Part shown: positions 1 through 14,559 of the stretch, in pieces
How the letters are laid out: each line of letters starts with the position of its first letter
Numbering within the stretch: the first letter of the stretch is position 1
DNA from: Octopus vulgaris
Taxonomy: Eukaryota
Length of the DNA: 64,000 nucleotides
Direction: 5' to 3'
NCBI GenBank assembly: GCA_951406725.2
Contig: OX597832.1
Location: 20,088,001-20,152,000, forward strand
Translations under genes and position numbers: made by a program
Notes under the pieces: model-generated
Databases searched by the model: none
Told to the model about the DNA's origin: nothing
Seen by the model: the letters and a program-made list of their open reading frames with translations, nothing else

Positions 1-86
1 TTAATTATTTTGTTATTGTTCATATTATTTCAGCCTCTGCTACGACTTTTGAGGCAATGCTTTCTTTGTGTTGTTGTTAGTAGAGG

Positions 87-187
87 TATGGTTGATGACA
101 GCCATGGTGATGATCATGATGATGATGCTGCTGCTACTGCTGATGATGATGATGCTGCTGCTGCTGATGATGATGATGATGACGAGG
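87..187. repeat. Compound (GAT)n/(GCT)n trinucleotide microsatellite
   Basis: Direct reading; it explains the poly-D/A in ORF 10..360. Confidence 0.9.
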
Positions 188-598
188 TCGAAATAAGGAA
201 CATGATAGCAAAAATGAAAAAAAAAAAAAGAAGGGGGAAGGAGAACATATATATTTCTTTCAGTGTCCAGTCAACTGGTCTTGTCATTTCTTGTGATTTT
301 CACCTGCTTACTGACCTGTCCTTCATTGTTAGAAATTCTGGTGTGGTCACACTTCGGTGAATCTGAATACAATGCCACAAAATTATCAACATATCTCACT
401 CTTTTTTTTTTCTCTCTCTTTCCTTATTTCTTTCAGTCTTTCTCACCTTCTCACCTCCCTAACTTCACACGCATTTAGACACACACAAATACACACGTAC
501 ACTGAGAGACATACATAACACATACACTGTCACAAACCAGTGTACACGTGAGTCGCCCCCTCTCTCTCTATGGATATATATATATATATATATGTTTA

Positions 599-689
<91 letters not shown>

Positions 690-1525
690 GTAGATAGATA
701 GATACATATATTTATATATGCACATACACCACACGCACAGATACACATAAACACCACACACACACACATACATACACACACACACATATATATATGTATG
801 TATATAAATATATATGCATATATACTCACGTTTGATTATAAATATATATACATACATGCATACACATTCCAAACAGCAGGGACTGAATTTAAAGAGATGA
901 AAGAGAAAACACAACCAAACGAAAATAAAATGAAAAAAACAAACTCAAACAAAAAAAATAAACACATGAACAGCCTAAACAATAAGGATGAAAGTAGCCA
1001 CTGGCCAATGTGGCATTAGAATGTAGTAGGTTAGGCGCAGGTGAAATATTTCATACGGGTGGATATAGATTGATCAGAGCGAAACATCTCAAACAATAAA
1101 AAACAATTATTTGAGTTCAGGGTAATTTGTACCTACACATCTACACAATAGGACTCTGTTCTTGACTGAATATCAATGTGAATGTTGTTATTGACATATA
1201 TATGTTGCTGTTGTTTGTTTGATCTTGTTGTTACTGCTGTTTTGTTTGATGTTTAGCTCCAGTTATTTCTAGCGGAAACGAATTATGATAAATAGCGTTC
1301 CATCCATGACTTTCTTGTTATGTTCAGTTGTATTATATCTGTGTTCTGCATTAAAATACTGAATGAAACCATTTTCGTAAGACAGTTTGTATTTGATTAA
1401 AAAACATCAGAAGCATATATATATATACAAATACATATACATATAATATGCGCACGCACACATATATATGCATATATAAGCATGTATATATATATATATA
1501 TATACTTATATGTGTGTGTGTGTAA

Positions 1526-1583
<58 letters not shown>

Positions 1584-3683
1584 ATATATACATATATATA
1601 TGTATTATGTATATCTATATGGCTCTCCAGTCGCGGACGAGAAAGAGAGTCACTGACCATTAAGAATGTTCTTTAGGCATGACTCTCAGAAGTGACTCTC
1701 ATAAAAAAAGACATGCAGAGAATGGCAATGGTAAACCTTTGGTGTCATTTACTTGTGCTTTAGACCATGGTACTTCTACATTTCTTGTCCACGACCAATA
1801 TTGGCACTAAGTATTTTCGTTTCAAAAATTTGGACACATGTGAAAAGCGAAACTTTTTTCTCATTTAAATCTGACTGAATTGAAAAAAATTGTGTCTATA
1901 TAAGCACCGGCAGAACGGACTCATGAAAAAGGGATGAATTTTTCTACTTTTTTATCTTTATTTTAGCTTGTTTATAAGCATCGTGTAGAGAATAAGATTC
2001 GAGGAGAGATAGGGTACGGTTTGTGATGTGGGATTTTTGATGAGATTAAGAGTGAAGAAAAGAATGAAATGGACAAAGACCAAGATAAAAGAATCGGTGT
2101 AGAAAATATTGAAAAAACTCTTCAAAAAGTTCGTTTAAACCATGTATAAATAAGTGTATATTGAAGGCAGTGTTTACACATATAAAGAGGGAAGGAATTT
2201 TTGACGGAAGGGAAAAAAACTAATGCAAGACTGAAATAAAAAGAAAATGAGAAGTTTGTAGGAAAGGAAAAATATATTTTACAAAATTAAAAAATTTGGG
2301 TTGTGGGGTGCGCGAAGATAATGGGAATGTTCAAGAAAATCTAGAAAGGGAATAAGTTTAATAGATTCAATTTCTTCAAGATAATTTAACGAGAAAACAG
2401 TGAAAAATAATATCGTTGGGATATTATTAATCGAAAGGTATTAATCGCAAGCGAAATAGAAAACGAAAAAAGAAATATTTAACAACGTGTTTGCAAGAAA
2501 TTTAAATTTTTTTCTTTATAAAATGCATGTCGAACTTAAGATAAAATAAAGAATTACTCAGACAGCATGTAACGCATGTAGATAAGAACTGCGTTAAATG
2601 GCGTTGCTTGTTCTATCATTATTTATTATATTTTAAAAGTAATCACTGTACATTGATACGGAACTAAATGTATTGCGGTAAAATTGTCGCAAATAGGTTT
2701 TTCTATGCTATTCGGTGTCCTGGTAAATGAATCTCTTGGATCTGCTCTTAGATATTTATTATGTTAAAACTATATCTCAAACTACCATTGTTAAAACAGT
2801 TGCTATTGTGAGGACAACTGTTTTGAGGAATGCATTTATAGCTATTGTAAGACCCTATCATATTTTTTTGAAGCGTAATGCTAAATTGTGATAATAATCA
2901 GCTTAGTGAAATATTCAGAAAAAGACTAGTTAACATTTAATGAAATTCAGGTGAAGAATTTATGGTACCTACTATTTGGCGAAAATTAAAAATTAAATTT
3001 TAAATTTTATAGCAATATTCACCTTTACGTTTATACTAAATGTTAGGTTTTACCAGAGAATATTTCTTGGTGTATTTTTATGAGCGTGAGGAATATATTG
3101 AAAGTTATCAAATAAGTATTGATAAGCACAAATACATGTTTCTTCACAACAGGAGAAGAATAAAGATATCAGTTTACTGATATTAAAAAATTAAGTTACG
3201 AAGAATGAATGGGCACGAGAAATTTCTGAAATAACATTTTATTATAATGTTCAGAGGGACATAATTTATTCATATCTAAATTTAAAGAGACACCTAGAAA
3301 ATAATAAGCCATAGTCAGATTGATATAATTTGTATTTCAAAAGCGTTTTAAAAATAAAACTTTTGAGACATTTTCTCGTCCTTAGGGTCGCTCATGTTGC
3401 ATACAATTAAAAAACCGCAGTCTATATAGTGACCTTTTCTGGCGTGTACCCATACCATCTTGTTTCTGTTGTTACTCTATAGTGTTGGCATAGCGTTCAG
3501 TGTAAACAGGTCCCAACTCTGTGTTGTCTGTGAATATATTCCTTTTTATCCAGGACTGGGCAGCCAGAGACAATATGGTTTATAAAAGAACACCTTCTGA
3601 ATGTGAAGGAAATATATTTTTATTTTAGAGGACATTATAAATATGCTTAACTACTCAATGTAGAATGTTTCAATCGTAGCGTG

Positions 3684-4336
3684 GAAATTCCAACCAGGCA
3701 CCATCTGCAAGGTCATGTGCTGTTTATCTTGATCTGAGATCACTATGTCGAGCACATATGGTTGTGATGCATGTGCCTAGTGTACCCTAATAAAATGGGT
3801 AGTCATAATAGGTATACTGAGCTTCGTATATTTGTGCCACAGTGGCACTTTTCTCTCACTCAGTAATAATAACATTCTTTTGACTTTGTATAAATGATGG
3901 GCTACACCAAATATTCTGTTCAGTAACGCATATTTGTTTGTCACTTGCCATATTCCTTAGTGGCTAATAATATGTGCACATCTGGTGACGCGCAAAGTAG
4001 TGGGGAAACATCATAGCCATCTATTGAGTGGAATTTTTTTGAGTTTAGATAATTCACCTCTGGAAACATGTGCGTTTTGTTCGTCGTCTTTAAGCAAACC
4101 TTATTTATGAACCTTTTTGAGTGGGATGGGCTACTCAACGTGAAAAAAATTCTAAGTGGGCCCCATTTGCAAGGTTTTCCAGCTGTTTATCTAGATATGA
4201 GATCAGTATGTCGGGCACGTATAGTTGTGATTCATGTGCCTTGTGTACTTTTATCAGACGAGAAGTCATGATGAGTATAATGGGCTTCGTATATTTTACT
4301 CCAGTGTTTCTTTGATGGAATGTTCTGCTTTCTCAC

Positions 4337-4373
<37 letters not shown>

Positions 4374-4880
4374 CACCACCACCACCAGGTATATTGCTTT
4401 GTCCTGGTAAAAAAAAGATGTGCTACAGCAAATATTCTGCTCAATATCACAGATTTGCTTGTTCCATGATTGATCTTAAAAAGTTGTGCATGGCCCTAGC
4501 GGGTGACAATATGTGCATCTCTGATCACGAGCAGAAATAGTGAGGCAGCAATATAGCCATGTGTTGAAAGGAATTCTCAGGGATTTGGATAATTCACCTT
4601 TGAAAATATGCGTGTTTCATTCAGCATCTTTAAACAACACTTATTCGGGGATCTTTCGAGTGCGATGGGCTACTCGACCTGAAGAAAATTATAAGTGCAC
4701 CACCCCCTGCAAGGTCACGCGCTCCTTATCTTGATATTAGATCACCATGTTGCGCACATATGGTTGCAATGCATGTGTCTGGTGAAACCTTATCAGACGT
4801 GTAGTCATGATGGGCATACTGCGCTTCGAATATTTTACCTCAGCGTTATTTTGATGGAATACACGGCTCTGTCATTTAAT

Positions 4881-4946
<66 letters not shown>

Positions 4947-4953
4947 TATTATT

Positions 4954-4986
<33 letters not shown>

Positions 4987-5001
4987 TATAATAATAATAA
5001 T
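3684..5001. repeat. Three diverged head-to-tail copies of a ~480-bp interspersed repeat, separated by trinucleotide tracts
   Basis: The block ctgcaaggt..tttatct.gat.tgagatca..atgt.g.gcac.tat.gttg recurs near 3706, 4168 and 4707. The block gctac..caaatattctg.tca recurs near 3901 and 4422. Copies end in (AAT), (TAC)(CAC) and (AAT)n tracts. Confidence 0.8.
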
Positions 5002-5205
5002 GAAGTAAATACATCATTACGAGTGATTCACAATTTAGTACCTTGCAATTTGTGAACCACAATGATCACCCACACACCTCATATTTCTTCACATCTTATT
5101 GCTCAAACACCTCTCTATTTGAAGAAGAAAGAATAAAAATGAAGGAAAACACGCACAATATATTTCTCAATGAACTCAATCTATTCCAAACCGTGACCTG
5201 ATGGA

Positions 5206-5283
<78 letters not shown>

Positions 5284-5304
5284 TTATATATATATGTACA
5301 TATA

Positions 5305-5340
<36 letters not shown>

Positions 5341-5533
5341 TGTATGTATGTATGTATGTATGTATGTATGTGTGTATGCATGTGTGTATGTATATATATA
5401 TATATATATGTATTATGTATGTATATAGAGATAAATGTGTGTATATATATGTGTGTGTGTCAATAAACATATGCGTATACATATTATTTTCAATGTACAT
5501 ATATGTATATCTATCATTCTCTCTCCCTCTCTG

Positions 5534-5580
<47 letters not shown>

Positions 5581-6054
5581 GTTTATATATATAAATACAT
5601 ATATATGTATATATGTATATAATTATATATATATATATATATATATGACTGCAATACATGCAAGAACTTGTTATTTCATTTATGGTTTCCTTTCTGTTTT
5701 TGTTATTTATTACAGAGAGTGAAATTTTGAAGCAAAATTTTCTCTTCATTTGGTGATATTGTTCACTGCTTCGCAAACTTCAGTAGCAAATCTATCATTG
5801 CCAATGTTTCTAGTTTCTCCGGAGTGAATTGCATGTACAGTTGATAGGTTTTCAATAGCGGTCGTTTAACTGGCAGCGGTTTATATGTTGTTTTGGCCGA
5901 AGACCATCTACAATTACCTTGGTTGTAATGATCCCAAACCAATCCAAAATGCCGAGGTTAGTAAAGTATAACAAAGTAAAATTAATTGCAGATGTCTTCT
6001 ATGTTACACATAACACCACTGGCATGCAAACGTGTGTGTGTGTGTGTACATATA

Positions 6055-6184
<130 letters not shown>

Positions 6185-7317
6185 TGTGCATATAAATATA
6201 TATATATACATACATACATACATATATGCATATATATATGTATATATATATATATAAATATATATGTAAATATATATTTAAATATATATTTTCACCTGAA
6301 TCAATATATATCATATATTTGTATACATATATATTCATACATATATATAATGTATTATATATCACATATATTATACACACACACGCTCTCATTCGAAGCG
6401 TTCGCGTGCGCACATGTATATACATACATACATACATACATACATACATACATACATACATACATACATACATTAATACATAGGAATACGCAATCGTATA
6501 GATGTGTTCGTATATGTATGAGTGTGTCCTACAGGCGTGCTTTATGAACGTGAATGCATTTGTACAAATTATATGTATTCGGACAGAATATTCAAAGATA
6601 TATTGCCTGATGATATTCGGCCTTATATATACGTGTATGTACACACAGGTATACATACATATTAAGAACGGGGTCCTTTTGCGGTGGGGGTGGAAGTTCT
6701 ACTGAATACACGTTGTTTAGTTAAAAACACTTAAGAGAGTAACAGAAAAGTGTTTTTCTGTTAAACCATATTGAATAGTAATGAGTCTTACTAGTTCGTA
6801 GTGGTTTTGTAGCTTCGGAGTTTATTCGAATATTCACGTGTTGTGCGGGGAGGTAATAACGCTATTTTCTGCGATGAATCTTGGTAGGAAGGGGTTCTGC
6901 AAAATTCCCCGATCTAAGGTTATCGCAAAAGTCCTGGTTGGAGGCACAAAATTCCGGGTTCTTTTATAAGGCCTAGAGAAACTGAAGGACCTCTGTAATG
7001 ATTGTGAAACTGAGGGAGGGAGTATGTTGAACAAAGCCATAATTAACTGATCCTCCTGTATCTTTTTTTCACCCAAAGCCAGGAACTTTTCAGCACTTTC
7101 TCATATGTTGTGAATTTAGAGTAGGTGGAGGCTATTTTGCACTGCGGGTTAGTAAGATCGGCTTTTAAGCGATAAATGGGCTGCTCGGTTCCTTTGTTCA
7201 GATATGCTCTCTTCACTACTCTACATTTTTTTAAATCTATGAGCCATTGACTGATTGTCTATGAGGCACAATTTGTGTTGTAATTTCTCACTGGTTTCTG
7301 TATAGAATCCGAACGTA

Positions 7318-7641
7318 AACGTAAACATCGCCCTTTTGAAGCCTAGCTAGGCCCATGGGCTCGGTTTCCCGGTTTCTGTGGCGTATATGTCCCCCCCACA
7401 CACACACACCAGCTGGACGGGACGTCAGTCCATCTCAGCGTTACTCAAGAAACAGGAAGAGAGAGTGAGAGAAAGCTGTGGCGAAAGAGTACAACAGGGG
7501 TCACCACCACCCCCTGCCGGAGCCTCGTGGAGCTTTTATGTGTTTCGCTCAATAAACACACAACGCCCGGTCTGGCACTCGAATCCGCGATCCTCCGACC
7601 GCGAGTCCGCTGCCCTAACCACTGGGCCATTGCGCCTCCAC
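7318..7641 (-). mobile_element. Full-length tRNA-derived SINE with a V-domain-like body and a 16-bp TSD
   Basis: Minus-strand head GGAGGCGCAATGGCCCAGTGGTTAGGGCAGCGGACTCGCGG...GGATTCGAGTGCC (A and B boxes); body GATGGACTGACGTCCCGTCCAG; (TTTACG)n tail; ATAGAATCCGAACGTA duplicated at 7302-7317 and 7642-7657. Confidence 0.9.
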
Positions 7642-8903
7642 ATAGAATCCGAACGTACAACGATATAATTATCATTATATGAAGAAGGAATGTGTGATGT
7701 ATATGTTTTCTAAAGCTGTTCACTGAAATTTGGCACATAAATAACTGAAATATTGCATAGTGGAACACGTTTTTAAGAGGAGAAGGTCATGGACGCACCC
7801 TGTGATTTTTTCTCTTTCTCCAGATACAGTAACAATATTTATTATATACTCTTCAACACCAAAAAATTCTTTGAAACACAGCATCATCTTATTATCAATA
7901 TCATCATCGTCTCACCGTCGTTACCGTCATCCACACGATCGTTATCATCATCATGATCATCGTCAACAACATCAGCATCGTCATCATCAATACCACTAAC
8001 AACACCACCACCAACAACAACAACAACAATTCCAACCCACACCACAACCATCACCATCATCATCATTATCATCATCGGTATCATCGACTGTCATTTCGAA
8101 TTACAACCATCACCATCATCATCATTATCATCATCGGTATCATCGACTGTCATTTCGAATTAGTCAGTTCCATAGTTGCTTCGACATGCCGTATCTGATT
8201 AGACGATTCCTAAGGAAGGTCGTGTCGATATGGCATAAGAAAATGGTGGTATTGATTAGCGCCATTCAGCTGCTGATTAATCGATAATGCCATGTAAGAC
8301 AGGTGAGCAAGGAACGCTAGATGGTTATAAGTAGGAACGATGGACAACTATAGACAGGTATAGGCAGGTACACACAAATATATATTACAGGTATATAACA
8401 GTAGTTATACATACACGTTCACTTATACATAGAGAGATGCACGTACACACGAAGATATGTGTGTACTTATGTACGTGTGCGTACATATATATATGTATAT
8501 GTGTATATATGTGTACGTATATATATCACACACATACATATATGTATATGCTTGTATGTATATGTACATATACATGCGTATCAATATAAATATATATATG
8601 TGTGTGTGTGTGTTTGTATGTATGTATGTATGTTTGTGGGTGTGTACATATATCTGTGTGAGGTTATATATGTGTGCGTTTCAGTATTGACGCGAAAAGG
8701 AGATATTTGACAAGTTTCCTATAGACAGTGAAATATATATACACGCGTACACCACACACACACGCGTTCATACATACACATAATGTGTATGTGGGTGGCA
8801 CACATAGACATCTCTACATAAACAGATAGATAGATACATAAATAGATAGAAACGTATACAAATACGTACATATACACATGTATGAATAAATATATATACA
8901 TTA

Positions 8904-9000
8904 TTTTCTACTCAAGGCACAAGGCCCGAAATTTGGTGGGAGGGGGGCCAGTCGATTAGATCGAACCAGAATGCAACTGGTACTTAATTTATCGACTCCT
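8904..9000 (-). mobile_element. SINE family A, 3' fragment
   Basis: Reverse complement matches the family A 3' half seen at 33256-33462. Confidence 0.75.
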
Positions 9001-9018
9001 AAAGTTACAATGGTTACA

Positions 9019-9321
9019 ACCAAAAGTAGAACTTCATCCACAAAAAATACTTGCTGTGTTTGGTGGAGCATGAAGATATTGTCCATGATGTGCTACTGAA
9101 CATGGAAGGGTCCATTAATGCAGATGTCTATTGCCAACAACTTGATCGTGTAAATGAAAAGTTATGTTGAATGTGGCCAGTTTTGGTAAGCAGAAAAGGT
9201 GTTATTCTCCAGTATGACAATGCACTGCCACACTCTTCGAAACAAACCCCAGAAGAAAATAAGCTCATCAGGGAGGAATTTTCTTCTACATCCTCCATAC
9301 TTATCTGACTATAATTTATTC
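9019..9321 (+). mobile_element. Mariner transposase remnant (catalytic domain, frameshifted)
   Basis: Translates in pieces as PKVELHPQK / CVWWSMKDIVH..LLNMEGSINADVYCQQLDRVNEKL..WPVLVSRKGVILQYDNALPHS / LLHPPY..SDYNLF. Confidence 0.85.
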
Positions 9322-9330
9322 ATAGAAATG

Positions 9331-9612
9331 AGAAGTGGATGTCTTCAAGAGCTATTTTAACAACAAAAAATGAAACCGTTAATAAGCTAAATGAAAGAAA
9401 TTATGGAAAACTTTTCGGGAAATGTAATTGATTATATATTAAAACGAATAGATTCTATGGCAAGAGAAAATCAATCGTTTCTCTATCCTTCCGAATTTTG
9501 AATTCTATAAATATATGTTGCCTTCCTCCTGAAGATCAAGACTGTCGCTCCACTAATGTTATTACAAAATATGGATCTGACTCAAGATCACTGCACTGGC
9601 AGTCGCTACACG
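9331..9612 (+). mobile_element. Helitron-type PIF1 helicase fragment (degenerate)
   Basis: KWMSSRAILTTKNETVNKLNE ... IDSMARENQSFLYPSEF.NSINICCLPP .. LKIKTVAPLMLLQNMDLTQDHCTGSRY resembles the PIF1/Helitron motifs RAILAPKN, YPxEFLNS and LKVGAPIMLLRN..LCNGTR. Confidence 0.8.
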
Positions 9613-9794
9613 AGGAAACTCAGCAGCGCTGATATTCGAGCTGTGCTGACCATTTTAACGAATTTCTCTTCAGCCTTCTGATACGGATTTAGCATTCACT
9701 GTACAAGTATTGCGATTCCTCAATCATTAGTCGCCAATAAGTAAGAGACAAGAACAAAAGTTTCGAAAGACATGTCTTGTATCTGCCATATCAT

Positions 9795-10179
9795 TTATTC
9801 TCTCGAAAAACGACAGCGCCCTGGTGATCTCATTCTCGCCCACAACATCATAAGCGGAAAGTGTAAACTCTCGAAAGAGCTGTTCTTCACTCCTGCTCCA
9901 GAGCGTGGGCTGCGGGGTCACTCCGAAAGGCTCTATCTACGACGATTTCATCTCAATCGAAGGAGAGGGGCTTTCTCCGTCCGGGTTGCGGATCCGTGGA
10001 ATAAGCTGCCGGACGAGATAGTGAAGATGCGGACGACCGCTCGGTTCAAGGTCTCTCTTGACCAGAAATGGCCTGAACTCTTTGTATGACCACCCTCCCT
10101 GTACATAACTCCCTGTCCCCCTACATGGCCTTGCTTTTGCTTTTTGAGCCAATAAAAATTGAATTGAATTGAATTGAAT
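9795..10179 (+). mobile_element. CR1-like LINE 3' end (ORF2 C-terminus, 3' UTR, (TTGAA)n tail)
   Basis: SLEKRQRPGDLILAHNII...LRGHSERLY.RRFHLNRRRGAFSVRVADPWNKLPDEIV...FKVSLD; stop at 10089, then AATAAA and TTGAA repeats. Confidence 0.88.
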
Positions 10180-10906
10180 ATCCTGTGTGCATACATGGAC
10201 AATTTTATGTTACTAACAGTAGAGAAGGAGACCTTGAAAATCAGCACGTTTATGCAAGCTAAGCAGAATTCTTTACAACAGCCAAGAAGAGACGAAATAA
10301 TAGAAAAAGATCTGTGACACGGAATGTTGTTTATCATCAAGTTATGTAATGAGATATTGTTCAAAGGATATACTTATTCTGTTGAATATGAAAAAATTGT
10401 ATTTTGAATGATCAACAGCATTCAGTGGTTATTAGTCAATCTAAACATTATTTGATCAATTTATGGAGGTACCTGCATGATTAACAAATATTTTTACCGG
10501 CAGCTTAGCGACGAATAATGAGAGGATGATAATATAGAAAATAATATTTAGTCACACATGAAAAATAATACTCGTATGAAATGTCTAGTTGGTTCAAAGT
10601 AATTTGTAATCGTATTAAGGACATCGCTAGATATCTAATTATATATGAAATCAAAGTGTGTTCATAATGGAAATAGGTCAAATATCTGAATAGATGTTAG
10701 CACGATGATCGTGCGAACAAATAGAGAATGTATCTCATTATGAATCAAAGGAGTTACTAATAGATTTGAGAAGGCGAAATAGCAGCCACACTATTTAGAA
10801 GTTTGGCTTGAGACTTGAAGTATGTTATTGCAACATTAGGGTTAATTTTAGCCTTTCATGTTAAAGCGGAATTGGAGTATCATAATTAATAAATGTACAT
10901 TAAAGA

Positions 10907-10923
10907 TGTTGTTGTTGTTGTTG

Positions 10924-11015
<92 letters not shown>

Positions 11016-11040
11016 ATTATTATTATTATTATCATTACTA
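10907..11040. repeat. (GTT)n(ATT)n microsatellite
   Basis: Direct reading. Confidence 0.95.
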
Positions 11041-12139
11041 TTTTTCATAAAGGTCTTTTAATAGAGGAGTTGAGAAACAAAAGCATTAGTTCAAAAAGTT
11101 GATATCAAATAAGGTTGTGAATATAAATTTACCCTATGAAATAGATTAAAACAAGGGGTCAAATTGTTATTAGTAGGTATTCAAGTACAATAATCAAAGG
11201 AACGTGAAATGTAAGTGCGATGAAGTACAAAAACAAAAAGCAAAAAGGAAATATCTTATGAAAGATTCCAAAGTTGGAAATACCTTTTATATTATAGGAT
11301 AGAATACAAAAGACATAGAAAAATTAATCTGGTATTGTGGAATGTAATTCTATGAGGATTATATTTTATTTCGAACAAGGTTCTCGGCATAATGGGCAAG
11401 TTTCTTTTACAGTAGCCTCGGGCCGACCAAGGTTTGGTAGACGGAAACCTGTCGTATATACATTTATAAATGTGTGTGTGTGTTTTTGTGTCTTTGTGTC
11501 TGTGTTTGTTCTTCCACCTCCCCTTATTGGTGTGTTTGTGTTCCTGTTACATCGGTAGTACAGGCAAACATGCACATACACATACACACACACACAAGGC
11601 CTTACACATATGAGGACAGAAACACATGACAATTCACACACACACACATGCATACGCTTACGGACATATAGAGGCACATATGCGTACACAACAGGTGCAC
11701 GTACATACACACAAACTCAAACGCAAGGACACATTCAAGCTCCTACGCAGGAATAATTAAAAGTACATACACAAACGCACAGACGCACATACATACACCA
11801 ATACACAAGCACACACATAGAGAGGCTTGAATATGCAGGAGTATACTACATACATATATACATACATACATGCATGCATACATACGCAGGCAAACTACCA
11901 AGCACACACGGAAGCAGCAATGTCTCAAGCAGACAAGCGCAGTTTCCATAAAACATTTCAGAAAAAGGCTGCAAGTAAAAACGAAAGATCTTTCACAAAG
12001 AAAAACAAAACAAATGACTCGGTGTTTAACCAAATTAAACGAACAATCGATTAGTTAGTAGAATAATTAAACAATTGACTATTAATAAATTGAAGTGGAA
12101 TTGAACCAGTGCCTGTGTTAATAATATTGATATAGTGAC

Positions 12140-12334
12140 TCTCCCTTGACGGTGATTTTTTTCCCTTTGTCTTCCCTTCTCTGGATCTTTCCTTCTCCTA
12201 TGTTTCCGACGAAGAGCTCCGCTCGAAACGTTAAACCCTCCTTCTTTCCTTCTTTCCTGAGCGTCCAATAATACTGTATTTGTTTCACGTCCTCGCGTTG
12301 TTGTGTTTTTTTGTGTATTCTTGTTTGGATTAAC

Positions 12335-12368
<34 letters not shown>

Positions 12369-12420
12369 GTTAATCCAAACAAGAAAACACAACGCGAGGA
12401 CGTGGAACAAATATAGTATT
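12140..12420 (+). mobile_element. Short PLE-derived element (family H1) with hammerhead motif, plus an inverted 3'-end fragment across (TA)n
   Basis: 12140-12334 is near-identical to 62990-63196. 12369-12420 is the reverse complement of its 3' end (cttgtttggattaac / gttaatccaaacaag). A further 3' end lies at about 28710-28744. Confidence 0.7.
12202..12236 (+). ncRNA. Minimal type-I hammerhead ribozyme-like motif
   Basis: GTTT-CCGACGAA-GAGC(TCC)GCTC-GAAA-CG-TT-AAAC: stem I, variant core, stem II and palindromic ACGT stem III. Confidence 0.6.
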
Positions 12421-12445
12421 CTATATATATATATATATATATATA

Positions 12446-12833
<388 letters not shown>

Positions 12834-13858
12834 GCGTCACGGTTCTTTCACTTTCTGTCTACCCGATGTATTCGCAAGGTTTTGGTTGACCCGTGGCCAT
12901 AGTAGGAAATATTTATATATGTGAATCTTCCTGTGTTTGTGAATATTCGTATATGTGTGTATTTAGTGCGTGCGTGTACATATGTGTGGGATCGAATCAA
13001 CAATAAAGAATACGAGAGACGCGCTTGAGAGTCAATCATCGTAAAAGCTAGCTGAAACTGTTTGACTCTCTCCTTCTTATCTGCAGATGAAATATATCAT
13101 CGAATTGATTAAGTGCATATAGAACGGTGATATCTCGGCCCCAAGGTCGGGGGTTCATATACCACCATACTGACTGAGCATCGTCCATGAGGCCACTGAC
13201 ACTTGGCGGGGGTTTGGCGAGTAAGGAGGACATAAATTCGTTGAAATAACAGAAACAACAGTTAATTAATGAGGGTTTAAATAGGAGGCAAAATGCGTAT
13301 TACTTTGCGGAAGTTGAACGCTGCCAAAATGTGCCTTGATAATATGGACAGCGAGATAAAAGCAACGACAAACCATCTATGTATCTTGCCAAGAAACATT
13401 TATGCTTGAAATGCCTTCCTCTTTGGAAACTTCTATCGTATATATATATCCAGAACTCCGTTCTAAGTCCTAATGGTCTCTGGTAGAAATTTGTGATGGT
13501 TAGTCATTAATCATCGCTATGATTGATCGGTAAAATATTTCATTCGGAGACGCTTTTGCAATTGTTCAACAGTTTTCATGATACATTGAGGAATGATTAA
13601 TACAATGTACGTGCACAGAAACACACTCACACACACATACACACACACGCGCACACACACACACACACACACTCTCTCTCTCTCTCTATCTCTCTATCTC
13701 TCTCACACACACATGCAAACCTGAGTGTAGGCAAGCACGAAAACACGCAGGCACACTCACGCACACACAAACACACAAACATGATTAGTTTGTGGTAATC
13801 TCTCAGATTATAATAAAATTGCAAGCCTTTGATTATTGTGTCTGCAATCCAAAATGCA

Positions 13859-14340
<482 letters not shown>

Positions 14341-14559
14341 GTGAGCAAGACACTTTATTTCACGTTTCTCCAGTCTATTCAACGGGCAAAATGGAGCAGT
14401 ACCTGTAATTCAAATGGCCAGCTTTGTCACATTATATGTCACGATGAATCTCTTTTAGAACGACGCTCAGAGAACGCGTGACTGTCAAATGATCACTCTC
14501 TTCCATGTTGATGTCTTGCAAAGAACTTGCACATGCAAGTGCTACCAATCAAAAGCTCC

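Noticed and set aside
264-400. Hydrophobic plus-strand frame SSQLVLSFLVIFTCLLTCPSLLEILVWSHF after an AG
   Set aside because: No recognisable family, no convincing donor and no partner exons; hydrophobicity is expected from T-rich DNA.
6665-7230. Minus ORF containing ALFNILP, reminiscent of a LINE ORF2 C-terminus
   Set aside because: Only a single short motif; the flanking LINE motifs could not be found.
7560-7641. tRNA-like sequence (also the heads of SINE A and B)
   Set aside because: It continues directly into a SINE body with tail and TSD, and a full cloverleaf acceptor stem is not evident.
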